Assembly: GCA_964478165.1 (NCBI GenBank)
Contig: CAYZGU010000039.1
Location: forward strand, 7,963 to 71,962
From: an uncultured bacterium
GTDB lineage: Bacteria > Poribacteria > WGA-4E > JAJDTR01
Length of the DNA: 64,000 nt
Reading direction: 5' to 3'
The translations under genes were made by a program, and so were the position numbers. The notes beneath the pieces are model-generated. The model was not told where the DNA came from, ran no database searches, and saw only the letters and a list, made by a program, of their open reading frames with translations. This document shows, piece by piece, positions 40,734-51,188 of the stretch. How positions within the stretch are numbered: the stretch's first letter is position 1; each line of letters opens with the position of its first letter.

Positions 40734-41705
40734 ATGCAGCATGTAAAAATTATTACTCCAGCTCGTTTACATCTTGGACTTATTGACCTCAACGGGGCGT
40801 TGGGTAGAATTGATGGTGGTGTTGGCATTGCGATTGATGAACCGGCTTTCGAGTTGATTGCTCAACCTTCGGATCGAATTGAAATTGTGTCTGCCCAGTG
40901 CGGTAATCGGGCTCGCATGATTCTCGAAAGACTTCGGCTGCAATACGAATTTTCCGGCCTCCACGCCGAGTTTTTATCTGAGATTCCCGCGCACTGTGGT
41001 TTTGGATCTGGAACACAGCTCGCGCTTGCACTTGCTCAGGCTGTCAACACGCTCTACGGCCTCAACCTTAATGTCCCAGAGCTTGCCTCTGCTGTTGCAC
41101 GTGGAGGGACCTCTGGAATTGGGATTGCCGCATTCGATCGGGGTGGATTTGTGCTTGATGGTGGCCATCGCTTCCCACATCAGAAATCTTCGTTTCTTCC
41201 GTCTTCAGCTTCGTCAAATGTGGCTCCACCGCCAGTGTTGCTGCGTTACCCTTTCCCAGATTGGGATTTGCTTATCGTAAGTCCCAACTGCGCTCATATC
41301 TCGGGTGAATCGGAGGTGAATCCTTTTCAGTCGTTGTGTCCACAACCGCGGTCTACTGCTGAACGACTTTCACATATTGTTCTCATGGAGCTTCTTCCTG
41401 CAGTATTTGAACACGATCTTAATGCGTTCAGTGACGCGGTTAATCGGATTCAGCGCTTCGGCTGGAAAAAAGTCGAAATTGATGCTCGGTACGGTTTGCT
41501 GCAACAGACGCTTGATTTTCTTCGAGGTAGTGGCGCGAGTGGTGCGGGAGTGAGTAGTTGGGGCCCCGCAATTTTTGCTGTCGGTGAGAATCTTTCTCTC
41601 TTGCACAGCAGAACGGAAGCCTTTCTTGATTCATTGCCAAATGGGGGTAGTTGCTTCATTACAACGGCAAATAACGTTGGAGCACAAATTGACGCGTCCA
41701 TCTGA
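40734..41705 (+). CDS. GHMP-kinase-fold protein, beta-ribofuranosylaminobenzene 5'-phosphate (beta-RFAP) synthase-like
   Basis: 323 aa. N-terminus ITPARLHLGLIDLNGALGRIDGGVGIA, GHMP motif GFGSGTQLALA, and a size typical of the MptG/beta-RFAP synthase family. Confidence 0.55.
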   Translation: MQHVKIITPARLHLGLIDLNGALGRIDGGVGIAIDEPAFELIAQPSDRIEIVSAQCGNRARMILERLRLQYEFSGLHAEFLSEIPAHCGFGSGTQLALALAQAVNTLYGLNLNVPELASAVARGGTSGIGIAAFDRGGFVLDGGHRFPHQKSSFLPSSASSNVAPPPVLLRYPFPDWDLLIVSPNCAHISGESEVNPFQSLCPQPRSTAERLSHIVLMELLPAVFEHDLNAFSDAVNRIQRFGWKKVEIDARYGLLQQTLDFLRGSGASGAGVSSWGPAIFAVGENLSLLHSRTEAFLDSLPNGGSCFITTANNVGAQIDASI

Positions 41706-42819
41706 AGGGTTGGAAAAGACGTTTTTCCATTGTGGTGAGTCCTACTAGGGGCCTCTTTGGAGGAACCACTTTTGTTAACCTAGAAAATAAGCTCGTCCGC
41801 CTCAGCATCCTGTGTGGTATTGTTGCAACAGGGAAGGCACCAGCGAAAGTAAACGATTTTCAAAGAACTTCTGTTCAGCTATCGTTTGATGAGCTCAGTT
41901 GTGCTACCAAAGTAGGAGGTGAGTGCCATCGGAGCAGTGGGCCTAGCTTCTGTGTTTTAGCATAGAGCACTTGTTCATTCTCCGTGCTGTGGTCGATGTC
42001 TTGCCTCTCTAATTCAATTATTTCTCTCTGTTCGAGAAGGTGTTTTCAAGCTATCGCATAGAACTTGTGCCATTGTTCAAGCATGGATAATCAGTTATAG
42101 AGTTGGTTGTGTCGCCCGGACTTCCGCGTGAAGTTGCGTCTCAGATTTCTAGTTTTAATTGCTTTTCTAGGACTGCGGGTTTCGGCCAGAGAGAACTAAC
42201 TGTTCGAGACTCGATGCCGAGCTTTCGGTGCCGTTCTTCAGATTTAATTTTGCGACGTGTATTTGGCGTGTCGGGATTCGGGATGTGTCTTGTGATTGAA
42301 CTATAGTGGATTCGTGCGACGGAGGAATGCTTGTGTACAGCAATTGCAGTCCACATTAATCTTGTTTGTATTAGTACTTCAAGGACCACGAATATCTTGA
42401 GAGAGTTTAGGGTGTTGGCGCGTTGTCGGCGTGAACAGATTAATTCGATAACAGTAGGCAAAACAAGCGCTTGCCGAGCTGTCGTCGATGCTGCGTTATC
42501 TGTTTGAGTTTCCAATCGTCTAGTTGTCTTGACAACTGAGAGGGCGCGTTACAGGCCCACGCTCTGAACGTGTTGTGTGCGCGATGTGGAAACGGTAGCG
42601 TCTGCGGGTTAGCCTTAGCTTCCCGTTCCGAATATTTAATGGCCATTTTGTCCCCAGATCGATTTCTGCCGTTGTCGGCTTGTCGTGCGCGAGATTTCAA
42701 TTCATGGATAGGCCAGTTCGGCTCACTTTTCTCACTAAGTTTGTCTTGACAAATCTAGTGTCCTGTGCCAACATGGAAATCTTCTGATGAGTTAAGCGAA
42801 GAGCGAGTTATGTGGAATA

Positions 42820-43644
42820 TTGTTGGGTCAAATGCGAGTAACAGATCACTATCGAACACTGGAGATAGATCGACAGGCAACGCCAGGAACAATCAAGCGA
42901 GCATTCCGACGATTAGCCAAGGAATACCATCCGGATAAAAACCCCACTCGTCAGGATTTTGCCGAGCGTATGTTCCGTGAGATTGCTCTCGCGTACGAAG
43001 TTCTCGGAAATCCTGAGCAGAGATTCAGGTACGATTTGACGTTAAGAACGGCGAGGCGAAATGAGAAACTTCGCAATGCCCATCTTGAAAGGCTCAGACG
43101 GTCTCGCCAAACGCAACGGAAGTTTGACTATATGTTTCAACAGTTATTGACTCAGAATTACGAGACGGGTATTCGGGTTTATGAGCAATTACAGCGTGCG
43201 AATCGGAAGTTTCGCATTGATAATTTTCTCGATTATCAGGACAGTCGGGACTGCGAATTTCTCATTGCTGAAGCTTATCAGACACTGGGTGACGCGTATA
43301 AAGCAATGGACATTTACGAATCACTCCTTGCGTACGAAAAACGGCGTCCGGTGTTTCACCACTTCTCTGCGGAGATTAAAGCTCGTTTGAAAAACATCTA
43401 CTTACGCGCCTTAACGCGTCCGGAACACCCTGAGACTATTCCCAATGATTTGGAAAAATTACACAGGCTGGAATTGTCGAAGCGTGAAACAGCGGGCATT
43501 TATAAAAGGCTGGCCGAATCCTACTTTGAGCTTAATTGGTTTGCGAAGGCGCGTGAGATGTTGCGTGTGGCGTTTGAACTTCATCCAAGTCTAACCGGTA
43601 CAAAGAAAATCCGCCAGAAGCTATGCATGGACTGTCGAGAGTGA
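42820..43644 (+). CDS. DnaJ (J-domain) protein with a helical TPR-like C-terminal region
   Basis: J domain with DHYRTLEI...AKEYHPDKN (HPD motif); the rest is helical repeat. Confidence 0.75.
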   Translation: MLGQMRVTDHYRTLEIDRQATPGTIKRAFRRLAKEYHPDKNPTRQDFAERMFREIALAYEVLGNPEQRFRYDLTLRTARRNEKLRNAHLERLRRSRQTQRKFDYMFQQLLTQNYETGIRVYEQLQRANRKFRIDNFLDYQDSRDCEFLIAEAYQTLGDAYKAMDIYESLLAYEKRRPVFHHFSAEIKARLKNIYLRALTRPEHPETIPNDLEKLHRLELSKRETAGIYKRLAESYFELNWFAKAREMLRVAFELHPSLTGTKKIRQKLCMDCRE

Positions 43645-44132
43645 GAATCGTGGCTCTCCGGATTTTACTATCCCCATTTTGGGACAAGGGACGAAAGTCA
43701 AATTATACTGAAGGTCGTTACGGAAGAAAACACCGTCTGGTATTCTGTGATGTGCGAGGATTTTCTTGAGCCCTGTGAATAGTTAGGGGCCTTGAGTGCG
43801 TTGCTTCCTGAGGCAGTGTAGTCGTTTAGGACTGGCGCAATACTCGAGGCGTCTGACTGCGAAAACTCCCATTGCTCTCATTGCGAATCTGTGCGGCACC
43901 ATGATCTTTAGTTCTAGGACTGTTCATCGAAAACTGTCAAAATAGCACGGCATAACTGCGGATAAAACGTTGTAAAATTTTGGATCCCATGTTATGAGGT
44001 TCGTTCCATTTGGACCTGCTGTTACACAAATATGCTAAACCAATGGACGAGTCTTCATGCGTCGCATTAAGACGATTGCCCCTTTTTAACCACGGATTAA
44101 CAGGGGTGAACATATATAAGGGGTAAAAGAAG

Positions 44133-47100
44133 ATGAAGCACTCATGGAGAGGTCAATTTGTGTTTTGCCTCGTAGTCGTGACTGTCTTTTGCGTTTTGAG
44201 TTTACTGCTAGGTTGCAAGAAGGAAGTAACTCGCAAAGCCGATTGGGAAACCCATTTCACAGCCCTGCATTTTATTGATCCTAAACATGGATGGGTTGTC
44301 GGGCGAGGAGGTCTAATCATCCACACGGCTGATAGTGGAAAAACATGGGCAAAACAAGAGGTCGATACGAATGGCGACTTCAAGTCCGTCTGCTTTACAA
44401 ATAGGCGCTTTGGTTGGGCTGTTGGAGACGAAGGACTTATTGCGACGACGGATGATGGCGGACGTCATTGGTATCTTCAGCACAGTGGAACGTGGGCATT
44501 CTTGCGTGACGTCTTTTTCGCCAATTCCAACGAGGGGTGGATTGTTGGTGAAAGCGCTGATGTGCTGTATACCCAAGATGGCGGAAAGACATGGAAACGC
44601 CAAGAATTCGTGAGTGAATTCCCTCTTAGTGGTGCATGCTTTGTGGACAATCGCCGGGGCTGGGTCGTCGGAGAACAGGATCGTATTTTGCACACTAATG
44701 ACGGTGGGAGAACCTGGCGTAACCAGAGCAATCGATTTGAGGGCGAAAGAGACCGCATGATCAATGACAATAAGCAGGTCTTCTTTATCAATCGAAATAA
44801 AGGATGGATTGTTGGTAGCGACGGTTCCATATTCCATACAAGAAACGGCGGGGTTCGATGGACACGTCAGGATAGCCGTATTCCGCTCATTAACGGACAC
44901 GTCCGAGACACAATTAATAGCGTTCACTTTGTTGATGAGAATCGTGGCGTGGCGGTGGCTGATATCGGTTTTATCACTTTGACGATGGATGGTGGAGACA
45001 ATTGGCGATTGTTGGAAAGTGGAACTGAGAATAACCTTACCGGAATTCAGTTTGTTACGCAAAAAGAGGCGTGGGCGGTTGGCTGGTATGGGAGTATTCT
45101 GCATTCGAAAGATGGTGGTGAAACGTGGGAAATGGTTAGTGGAACAACGGCCAACGACCTAGAGAATGTTCAGTTTGCCGATGCCAATCGTGCGATTGCT
45201 GTTGGCAAGCGTGGTACAATTGCAATGAGTCAAGATGCCGGGAAAACGTGGACGGAGATTGAAAGTGATATATGGGACAATATTCGCAACATTTTTTTTG
45301 TTTCTGACAAAGAAGGTTGGGCGGTTGGCGAACGCGGTATGGTTGTCCATTCGATTGACGGCGGACAATCATGGGAACGTCAGGACAGCGGTTGGGGCAA
45401 TGTCCTTACTGCCGTTCATTTTGTCACACCACAAAAAGGGTGGATCGTCGGCGAACTTGGAACGGTACTTCACACTGCCAATGGTGGAGAGTCGTGGGTG
45501 CCGCAGACTCCAGGCGAATGGCAATCGCTTAAGGGTGTTTTCTTTCTGAATGAGAACGAAGGTTGGGCGGTCGGTTGGCCTGGGACAGTTATTCACACTA
45601 ACAATGGCGGGATGACCTGGACGAACCAGACTACAAATACTTACAATGAGCTATATGCGGTTTATTTTGTTGATCCCGACAAGGGTTGGATTTCTGGTCA
45701 GTTCGGAGAGATTTTGTCCACAAAGGATGGTGGTCAAACATGGAAATTTCAACGCAGCGGGACCGAGGCGAACTTGAACAAGATTTATTTCGCGAATTCA
45801 ACACATGGAATCATTGTGGGTGACAATGGGACAATCCTGACCACGGTAGATGGTGGTGTGAAATGGCAGCTGCAGGAGAGCGGGACAGAGAATGACCTCT
45901 ACGGATTTGCACTCTCCAGTGAAGGGATGGTTGCTGTTGGCAAAGGAGGTATTGCCATGCGGTACTCTGTCGATGCTGCCGAACTACCGGTCGAGCTGCC
46001 TCCGGTTTCAGATCGGATTCAGGTCGGAGTTCAAATTCAAGAGCTGTCCACTGTCGAAGAAGTGAGTTATCAATGGGAGATTATCCGCCAGGCAACATGG
46101 GAAACTGACTTTAACGACACCTGTTTTGTCGATAATAAACGGGGTTGGGCGGTCGGAACCGGGGGTGTAATTGCGCACACAATAGACAGCGGGAAAATAT
46201 GGAAACCACAGCATAGCGGCGTGGAGATAGACTTGTATCAAATCGATTTTCTGAATGCTCAACACGGATGGATTACCGGTAGTGGAGTGTTGTTGCGCAC
46301 TGAGAACGGCGGTGAGACATGGCAGGTTATTCGAAAGGTGTTGCAGAATTTTCGTGACATCAGTTCCATACAATTCATTACACCTAAAGAAGGATGGCTT
46401 GCCGTCGATGAAGGACAAACGCTACATACAATTGATGGGGGTTTAACTTGGAAGCTTCAGAAAACGGGTGCCACGAATAAAGCAATTACCGATCTACACT
46501 TTATCAACGGCCAAGAAGGTTGGGCTGTTGTGCCACAACGCCGCGATGGGGGCTACATTCTACATACGGTGAATGGTGGTGATTATTGGCAGATTCAATC
46601 AAAAACCAATCAGTTAGGTCTTGCAATTCACTTTACAGATGCCAAATATGGTTGGATAGTTGTTGGAAATGGGACTTCGCTTATTACGAGCGATGGTGGT
46701 CTCACATGGACGCGTCGGGCATCTAAACTTGCGGGTCGTATTCATCGGGTAAAAATACGTAGTGACAAGGAGGCTTGGGCAGTTGGACGCGATGGCGAGA
46801 TTCTCTTAACACGTGACCAAGGAGTCACATGGGAGTCAATCTATGTCGATCACACCCCTGACAAGATGAGCTTGGCGCTGGTGAATGAGAGTATGCAACC
46901 GGCCAAAGAATCTGTGGAGAAACTGACAAGAGTCGAGTCGGATGGCGATACAACTCGCGTAACAATCGAAGAGAATCCCGTAGAGGCGTTCCAAAATAGG
47001 CTTCGCAATCGGCGTCAACGTTCCGGTCGGTTCGCGCCAGAAGGCGGGGAAATTGATCTGGAGACACGGTCGAAACCCACAGAGTCAGTGACTCCACCTG

Positions 47101-48140
47101 AATCGAGGCGCACTCCTCCTAGCTCAGCACAACAGATTGTGGGTTTTTACTTTGTTAACGATCAAGACGCTTGGGCCGTTGGTAAATACGGTCATATCTA
47201 TCGAACGAAGGATGCTGGACATTCTTGGACAAGACAGCTCGGTGAGAAGCTCGATGATTTCCGCGATGTGCTGTTTGTGGATGGAGACAATGGTTGGATT
47301 GCCGGGGATAACGGATTGTTACTAGAGACGCAGGATGGTGGTCGGAAGTGGGTCCCCGTCAAAAGTGGCATTCACCAAAAGATAATAGGTGTTCACTTTG
47401 CTAGCCTTGATCCAAAGTGGGGTTGGGTGATGAGACGCGACGGGACCGTGTTTTATACAACTGATGGAGAAAATTGGTCCGCGGGGACGACGCCAACCCG
47501 TCCACCTCTATTTGAGGAGGACCAACCACGTCCATTTGCTATGAATGACGTAGGTTTCAGCCAGTTTTCCGAAGGATGGGCAGTTGGGAACGATGGACAA
47601 ATAATCCACAATCAAGATGGTGGCCCTATTTGGATCGCGCAGCGCACGACGACGGGCAGGGACCTGGTGGACGTGGAAACAAAGTTTGTTCCTCTGGCTT
47701 GGGCGGTAGGATCCGGGGGGACTGTGCAGAGGACGATTAACGGTGGTGGATATTGGAAGCTTCATGAGACTAACACTGGCTACGATCTCAATGGGGTTTC
47801 ATTTCTTGAGAAAAGGAAGGGGTGGGCGGTTGGTCGTTATGGTATAACTCTGCGTACAACCGACGGTGGTTTTACTTGGCGGGCCCAATCGAGTGGAACG
47901 ACAACCGATTTCTACGACATTCTCGCGGTCTCTGAAGAGGAAATCTATGTCGTTGGGGCCAATGGAACAGTGCTTCACTCGATTGATGGTGGTAAGACAT
48001 GGAATAAGCAACACACAGACATTGACAATGATCTCTACGCCATTACTTACGCGCAAGACAGCAATGTGCTGTGGGTTGTTGGCGAGTGGGGTGTTGTGTT
48101 ACGGCAAGAGATTGCTACTAATAAACTTCCGCTTCATTGA
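44133..48140 (+). CDS. Giant lipoprotein made of about 27 BNR/Ycf48-like beta-propeller blades (probably four propellers)
   Basis: 1335 aa. Signal peptide with LLLGC lipobox. Roughly 42-aa repeats, each with GW(A/I)VG...ILHT.DGG.TW (27 D/NGGxTW-type motifs counted), interrupted by two charged linkers. Confidence 0.8.
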   Translation: MKHSWRGQFVFCLVVVTVFCVLSLLLGCKKEVTRKADWETHFTALHFIDPKHGWVVGRGGLIIHTADSGKTWAKQEVDTNGDFKSVCFTNRRFGWAVGDEGLIATTDDGGRHWYLQHSGTWAFLRDVFFANSNEGWIVGESADVLYTQDGGKTWKRQEFVSEFPLSGACFVDNRRGWVVGEQDRILHTNDGGRTWRNQSNRFEGERDRMINDNKQVFFINRNKGWIVGSDGSIFHTRNGGVRWTRQDSRIPLINGHVRDTINSVHFVDENRGVAVADIGFITLTMDGGDNWRLLESGTENNLTGIQFVTQKEAWAVGWYGSILHSKDGGETWEMVSGTTANDLENVQFADANRAIAVGKRGTIAMSQDAGKTWTEIESDIWDNIRNIFFVSDKEGWAVGERGMVVHSIDGGQSWERQDSGWGNVLTAVHFVTPQKGWIVGELGTVLHTANGGESWVPQTPGEWQSLKGVFFLNENEGWAVGWPGTVIHTNNGGMTWTNQTTNTYNELYAVYFVDPDKGWISGQFGEILSTKDGGQTWKFQRSGTEANLNKIYFANSTHGIIVGDNGTILTTVDGGVKWQLQESGTENDLYGFALSSEGMVAVGKGGIAMRYSVDAAELPVELPPVSDRIQVGVQIQELSTVEEVSYQWEIIRQATWETDFNDTCFVDNKRGWAVGTGGVIAHTIDSGKIWKPQHSGVEIDLYQIDFLNAQHGWITGSGVLLRTENGGETWQVIRKVLQNFRDISSIQFITPKEGWLAVDEGQTLHTIDGGLTWKLQKTGATNKAITDLHFINGQEGWAVVPQRRDGGYILHTVNGGDYWQIQSKTNQLGLAIHFTDAKYGWIVVGNGTSLITSDGGLTWTRRASKLAGRIHRVKIRSDKEAWAVGRDGEILLTRDQGVTWESIYVDHTPDKMSLALVNESMQPAKESVEKLTRVESDGDTTRVTIEENPVEAFQNRLRNRRQRSGRFAPEGGEIDLETRSKPTESVTPPESRRTPPSSAQQIVGFYFVNDQDAWAVGKYGHIYRTKDAGHSWTRQLGEKLDDFRDVLFVDGDNGWIAGDNGLLLETQDGGRKWVPVKSGIHQKIIGVHFASLDPKWGWVMRRDGTVFYTTDGENWSAGTTPTRPPLFEEDQPRPFAMNDVGFSQFSEGWAVGNDGQIIHNQDGGPIWIAQRTTTGRDLVDVETKFVPLAWAVGSGGTVQRTINGGGYWKLHETNTGYDLNGVSFLEKRKGWAVGRYGITLRTTDGGFTWRAQSSGTTTDFYDILAVSEEEIYVVGANGTVLHSIDGGKTWNKQHTDIDNDLYAITYAQDSNVLWVVGEWGVVLRQEIATNKLPLH

Positions 48141-48232
48141 CCATCCACCCAGGCGTATGAGTTTGGAATGCACCTAAAGGCAAACTTGTTAATCAGACAT
48201 GGCGCCACAAACAAAAGAGCGCTTTTCCGAAA

Positions 48233-49204
48233 ATGAAATTGAATTTCAAACTGAGTGGTGCATTAATAGTTTCAACCCTGTTGCATGTAATTGTTGGTGT
48301 GGTTGGGTTTTTCTTTTGGCTTAACACCGCCTCAGTTCCTCATCAGGATTCCATTGGCGCGGTGTTAATTAAGGTCGATCGGCCGAAACTCGAGCGCAAG
48401 CTCCGTCCGAAACGTGCGCAAATTCGAAAAAGTACATTGAATGAAACAAACCAGCCCAGGCTTAAGGTTCTTACTAGCAATACCCCGGTAACAGAACGTG
48501 GTGTTTTCACGGCGGAGGAACCGGCAAAATTCAGTGCGGTAGAATTCTTGCAATTTAGCGACGGCGCTGCCTTGGATACGAATGGTATAAGATTGGACGA
48601 AAGTGCACTCCAGATTGGAAGGGTAATTGAAAACCCTATCGTTAGAGGTTCCAAACAGGAAGTTCGACCGAAAAGCCGTTTGGTAAAATTCGTCGAAAAT
48701 CAGGAAGGTCCACAGGCAATAGCCTACTGTATCGATCTGTCGTCAAGCATGCTGAGTTTGAGCCCGAGAAAACTCAAAAAGATAATCTCCATCATGCAGA
48801 ACTCACTGACATTTCTTGAGGCTCACGATCGATTCAATATTGTGACTTTCAGCGATGAAACGGCATTTTTTCAACCCCATTTTGTGGATTCCACGGAACA
48901 AGTGATTTTGCAAGGAGCAAGCTACTTTGCCGCAGCGAGTCCCCGCAAGACTACTGGCTATATGGAAAAGGACATGCTTAAGGCGCTGGCAGAAGTTGCG
49001 AAAATGGATCCCACGATTATTGTGATTTTCAGTGATGGTATTTTGACTTCTGGCGTGCCAAATCCGAAGGAGATTCGGCGAACCGCTGCTGCAAGCCCGC
49101 GTGTCTTTGCAATGGGAATTGAGATGGCGGAAGATTTTCCTGGGGCTGTGTTGCTCGACATGTTGGCGCATTACAGCGATGGTGAATTTTGGTTGGTTGA
49201 CTGA
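48233..49204 (+). CDS. Membrane-anchored von Willebrand factor A (VWA) domain protein
   Basis: N-terminal TM helix. VWA MIDAS motif AYCIDLSSSM, then ...NIVTFSD... and IVIFSDG. Confidence 0.7.
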   Translation: MKLNFKLSGALIVSTLLHVIVGVVGFFFWLNTASVPHQDSIGAVLIKVDRPKLERKLRPKRAQIRKSTLNETNQPRLKVLTSNTPVTERGVFTAEEPAKFSAVEFLQFSDGAALDTNGIRLDESALQIGRVIENPIVRGSKQEVRPKSRLVKFVENQEGPQAIAYCIDLSSSMLSLSPRKLKKIISIMQNSLTFLEAHDRFNIVTFSDETAFFQPHFVDSTEQVILQGASYFAAASPRKTTGYMEKDMLKALAEVAKMDPTIIVIFSDGILTSGVPNPKEIRRTAAASPRVFAMGIEMAEDFPGAVLLDMLAHYSDGEFWLVD

Positions 49205-49548
49205 GAATCGGGGTAGGCATGGCCGCATTTCGCACTTGATTTAGGTATGGATTGTTTGTTATAATCCTCGTGCGTTGTGGGTCTCCGAAAGCGGAGGCAA
49301 CTTGTTTTTGTGGAGAACTGCACAATCTTGCCGAATTCTGCATTCTTATGGCCTGAAGCTGCTATGTCAATCTGTTTGCACGCCTTATTGTTGAGCTTGG
49401 CACCTCCTTGGTTTCTGTTTTTCGGAGCATTGATGCTTGAGTTTTGCCGTGGGTATGCTTGCTTCCAATCTTCGTACCTTTGCCAATATGAACGCGCGGA
49501 ATTCCCTGGGTGAGATGGATAGATGTCGGCTAAGCTGTGTGAATTGCG

Positions 49549-51156
49549 ATGGAATCGTATTCCTCAAGTCTCTACACATGGAGATTTTTGGGCAAGGAGG
49601 ATACCATGAGTGGTGCTGAATCGAGCTGCATGGCGGAGTACTTGTCGAAGGAGGAATATTTCGCGCTGTTGGAGATAAGCCGTACCGTAAATTCGTCTTT
49701 AGACGTTGGGGAAATCTTAGATCAAGCTATCCAGCAACTTGCCAACGTGGTTGAAGCGACTGCAAGTTCGATTTGGCTTGTCAATGAGTCCTCAAAACGC
49801 ATCTCCGTTGCAAGTGCGACTGGTGAAAAGAGCGAGCAAGTGAAGGCAATTCAACTTAATATCGGCGAAGGAATCGCTGGCTGGGTGGTTAAGGAAGGGA
49901 GGACATTTATCACCCAAGACGCCCGTCTTGAATCTCGACATGCAAGAGATATTGCGGAGAAGTTGGATTTTGAGGGGATTACGATGGTTTGTGTTCCAAT
50001 GCGAGCTCGAGATCGAGTTGTCGGCGCTATTCAAGCTTTGAACAAGATTGATGATCGCGCTTTCAATGAGAAGGATCTATTCTGCTTGAATGTGGTCGCT
50101 AACTTAACGGGTATTGCCCTAGAGAACGCGCGTCTCTATCGATTGGAAGCACAAGAGAATAGTTCGTTGCGGCGTGAGCTTGGCGTAAGGCGTTTAGCTT
50201 TCCAAGATATTATTGGTGACAGCCCAGAGGTCGCGGATATGCTTGATCGGGCTGCCAAAGTCGCGGAAACAAACTCGACCGTTTTGATTCGTGGAGAGAG
50301 CGGTACGGGTAAGGAGTTAGTTGCTCAAGCCGTGCACAACTCTAGTCTTCGCTCGAGCAAACCCTTTATTCCCGTTAATTGTGCTTCATTGCCTGATGCC
50401 TTGCTTGAAAGTGAAATGTTTGGGCATGAAAAAGGCGCGTTCACTGGAGCCATATCTCGCAAGGAAGGGAGATTTGAACTCGCCGATGGGGGCACACTTT
50501 TCCTTGATGAGATCGGCGACATGCCGATTGGATTACAGGCGAAGTTGTTAAGAGTGTTGCAGGATCGGGAATTTTATCGAGTGGGTGGTACACGTGCGCT
50601 TCAATCTGATGTGCGGATTATCGCGGCAACGAATCAGGAACTGGAGGAGCAGATTGAAAATAATCAATTTCGCGAAGACCTATACTATCGCTTGAATGTA
50701 ATTACAATCCATCTGCCATCTCTCCGTGAGCGTATCGAAGATATTCCAATATTAGCCGACTATTTTCTTGCTAAGTATAGCATGGAAACCAAGCGGCGTA
50801 AAACGGGGTTCTCACCTCAGGCCTATGAATTGTTGAAAGGGTACAAGTGGCCGGGGAACGTAAGAGAATTGGAGAATTCGATTGAGCACGCGGTAGTGCT
50901 AGGTAGAACAGAGGAGGTTCAACCGGATGATCTGCCCAGTAGTCTGCAGCGTGTCGATGATAAAGAAGATGTTAGATCCGACACTTCAACGGCCGGGAAC
51001 ATTTCACTTGAAGAAGCGCAACGAGCATCCAAAAAGGCTTTTATTGAGAAAGTACTGCGGAGTACAAACGGTAATCGATCTGTTGCAGCGAGGAAGTTAG
51101 ACATCCAGCGAACATATCTATCACGCTTGATAAAGGAATTAAATATCGAAATCTAA
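49549..51156 (+). CDS. Sigma-54-dependent transcriptional activator with N-terminal GAF domain and C-terminal Fis-type HTH
   Basis: GAF region (IGEGIAGWVV); AAA+ sigma-54 interaction module (GESGTGKE, GAFTGA, ESEMFGHEKGAF, R-finger); C-terminal HTH. The start may be the Met at 49606. Confidence 0.85.
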   Translation: MESYSSSLYTWRFLGKEDTMSGAESSCMAEYLSKEEYFALLEISRTVNSSLDVGEILDQAIQQLANVVEATASSIWLVNESSKRISVASATGEKSEQVKAIQLNIGEGIAGWVVKEGRTFITQDARLESRHARDIAEKLDFEGITMVCVPMRARDRVVGAIQALNKIDDRAFNEKDLFCLNVVANLTGIALENARLYRLEAQENSSLRRELGVRRLAFQDIIGDSPEVADMLDRAAKVAETNSTVLIRGESGTGKELVAQAVHNSSLRSSKPFIPVNCASLPDALLESEMFGHEKGAFTGAISRKEGRFELADGGTLFLDEIGDMPIGLQAKLLRVLQDREFYRVGGTRALQSDVRIIAATNQELEEQIENNQFREDLYYRLNVITIHLPSLRERIEDIPILADYFLAKYSMETKRRKTGFSPQAYELLKGYKWPGNVRELENSIEHAVVLGRTEEVQPDDLPSSLQRVDDKEDVRSDTSTAGNISLEEAQRASKKAFIEKVLRSTNGNRSVAARKLDIQRTYLSRLIKELNIEI

Positions 51157-51188
51157 TCGAGTTTCTATGAATTTTCGGAAATCAGATG

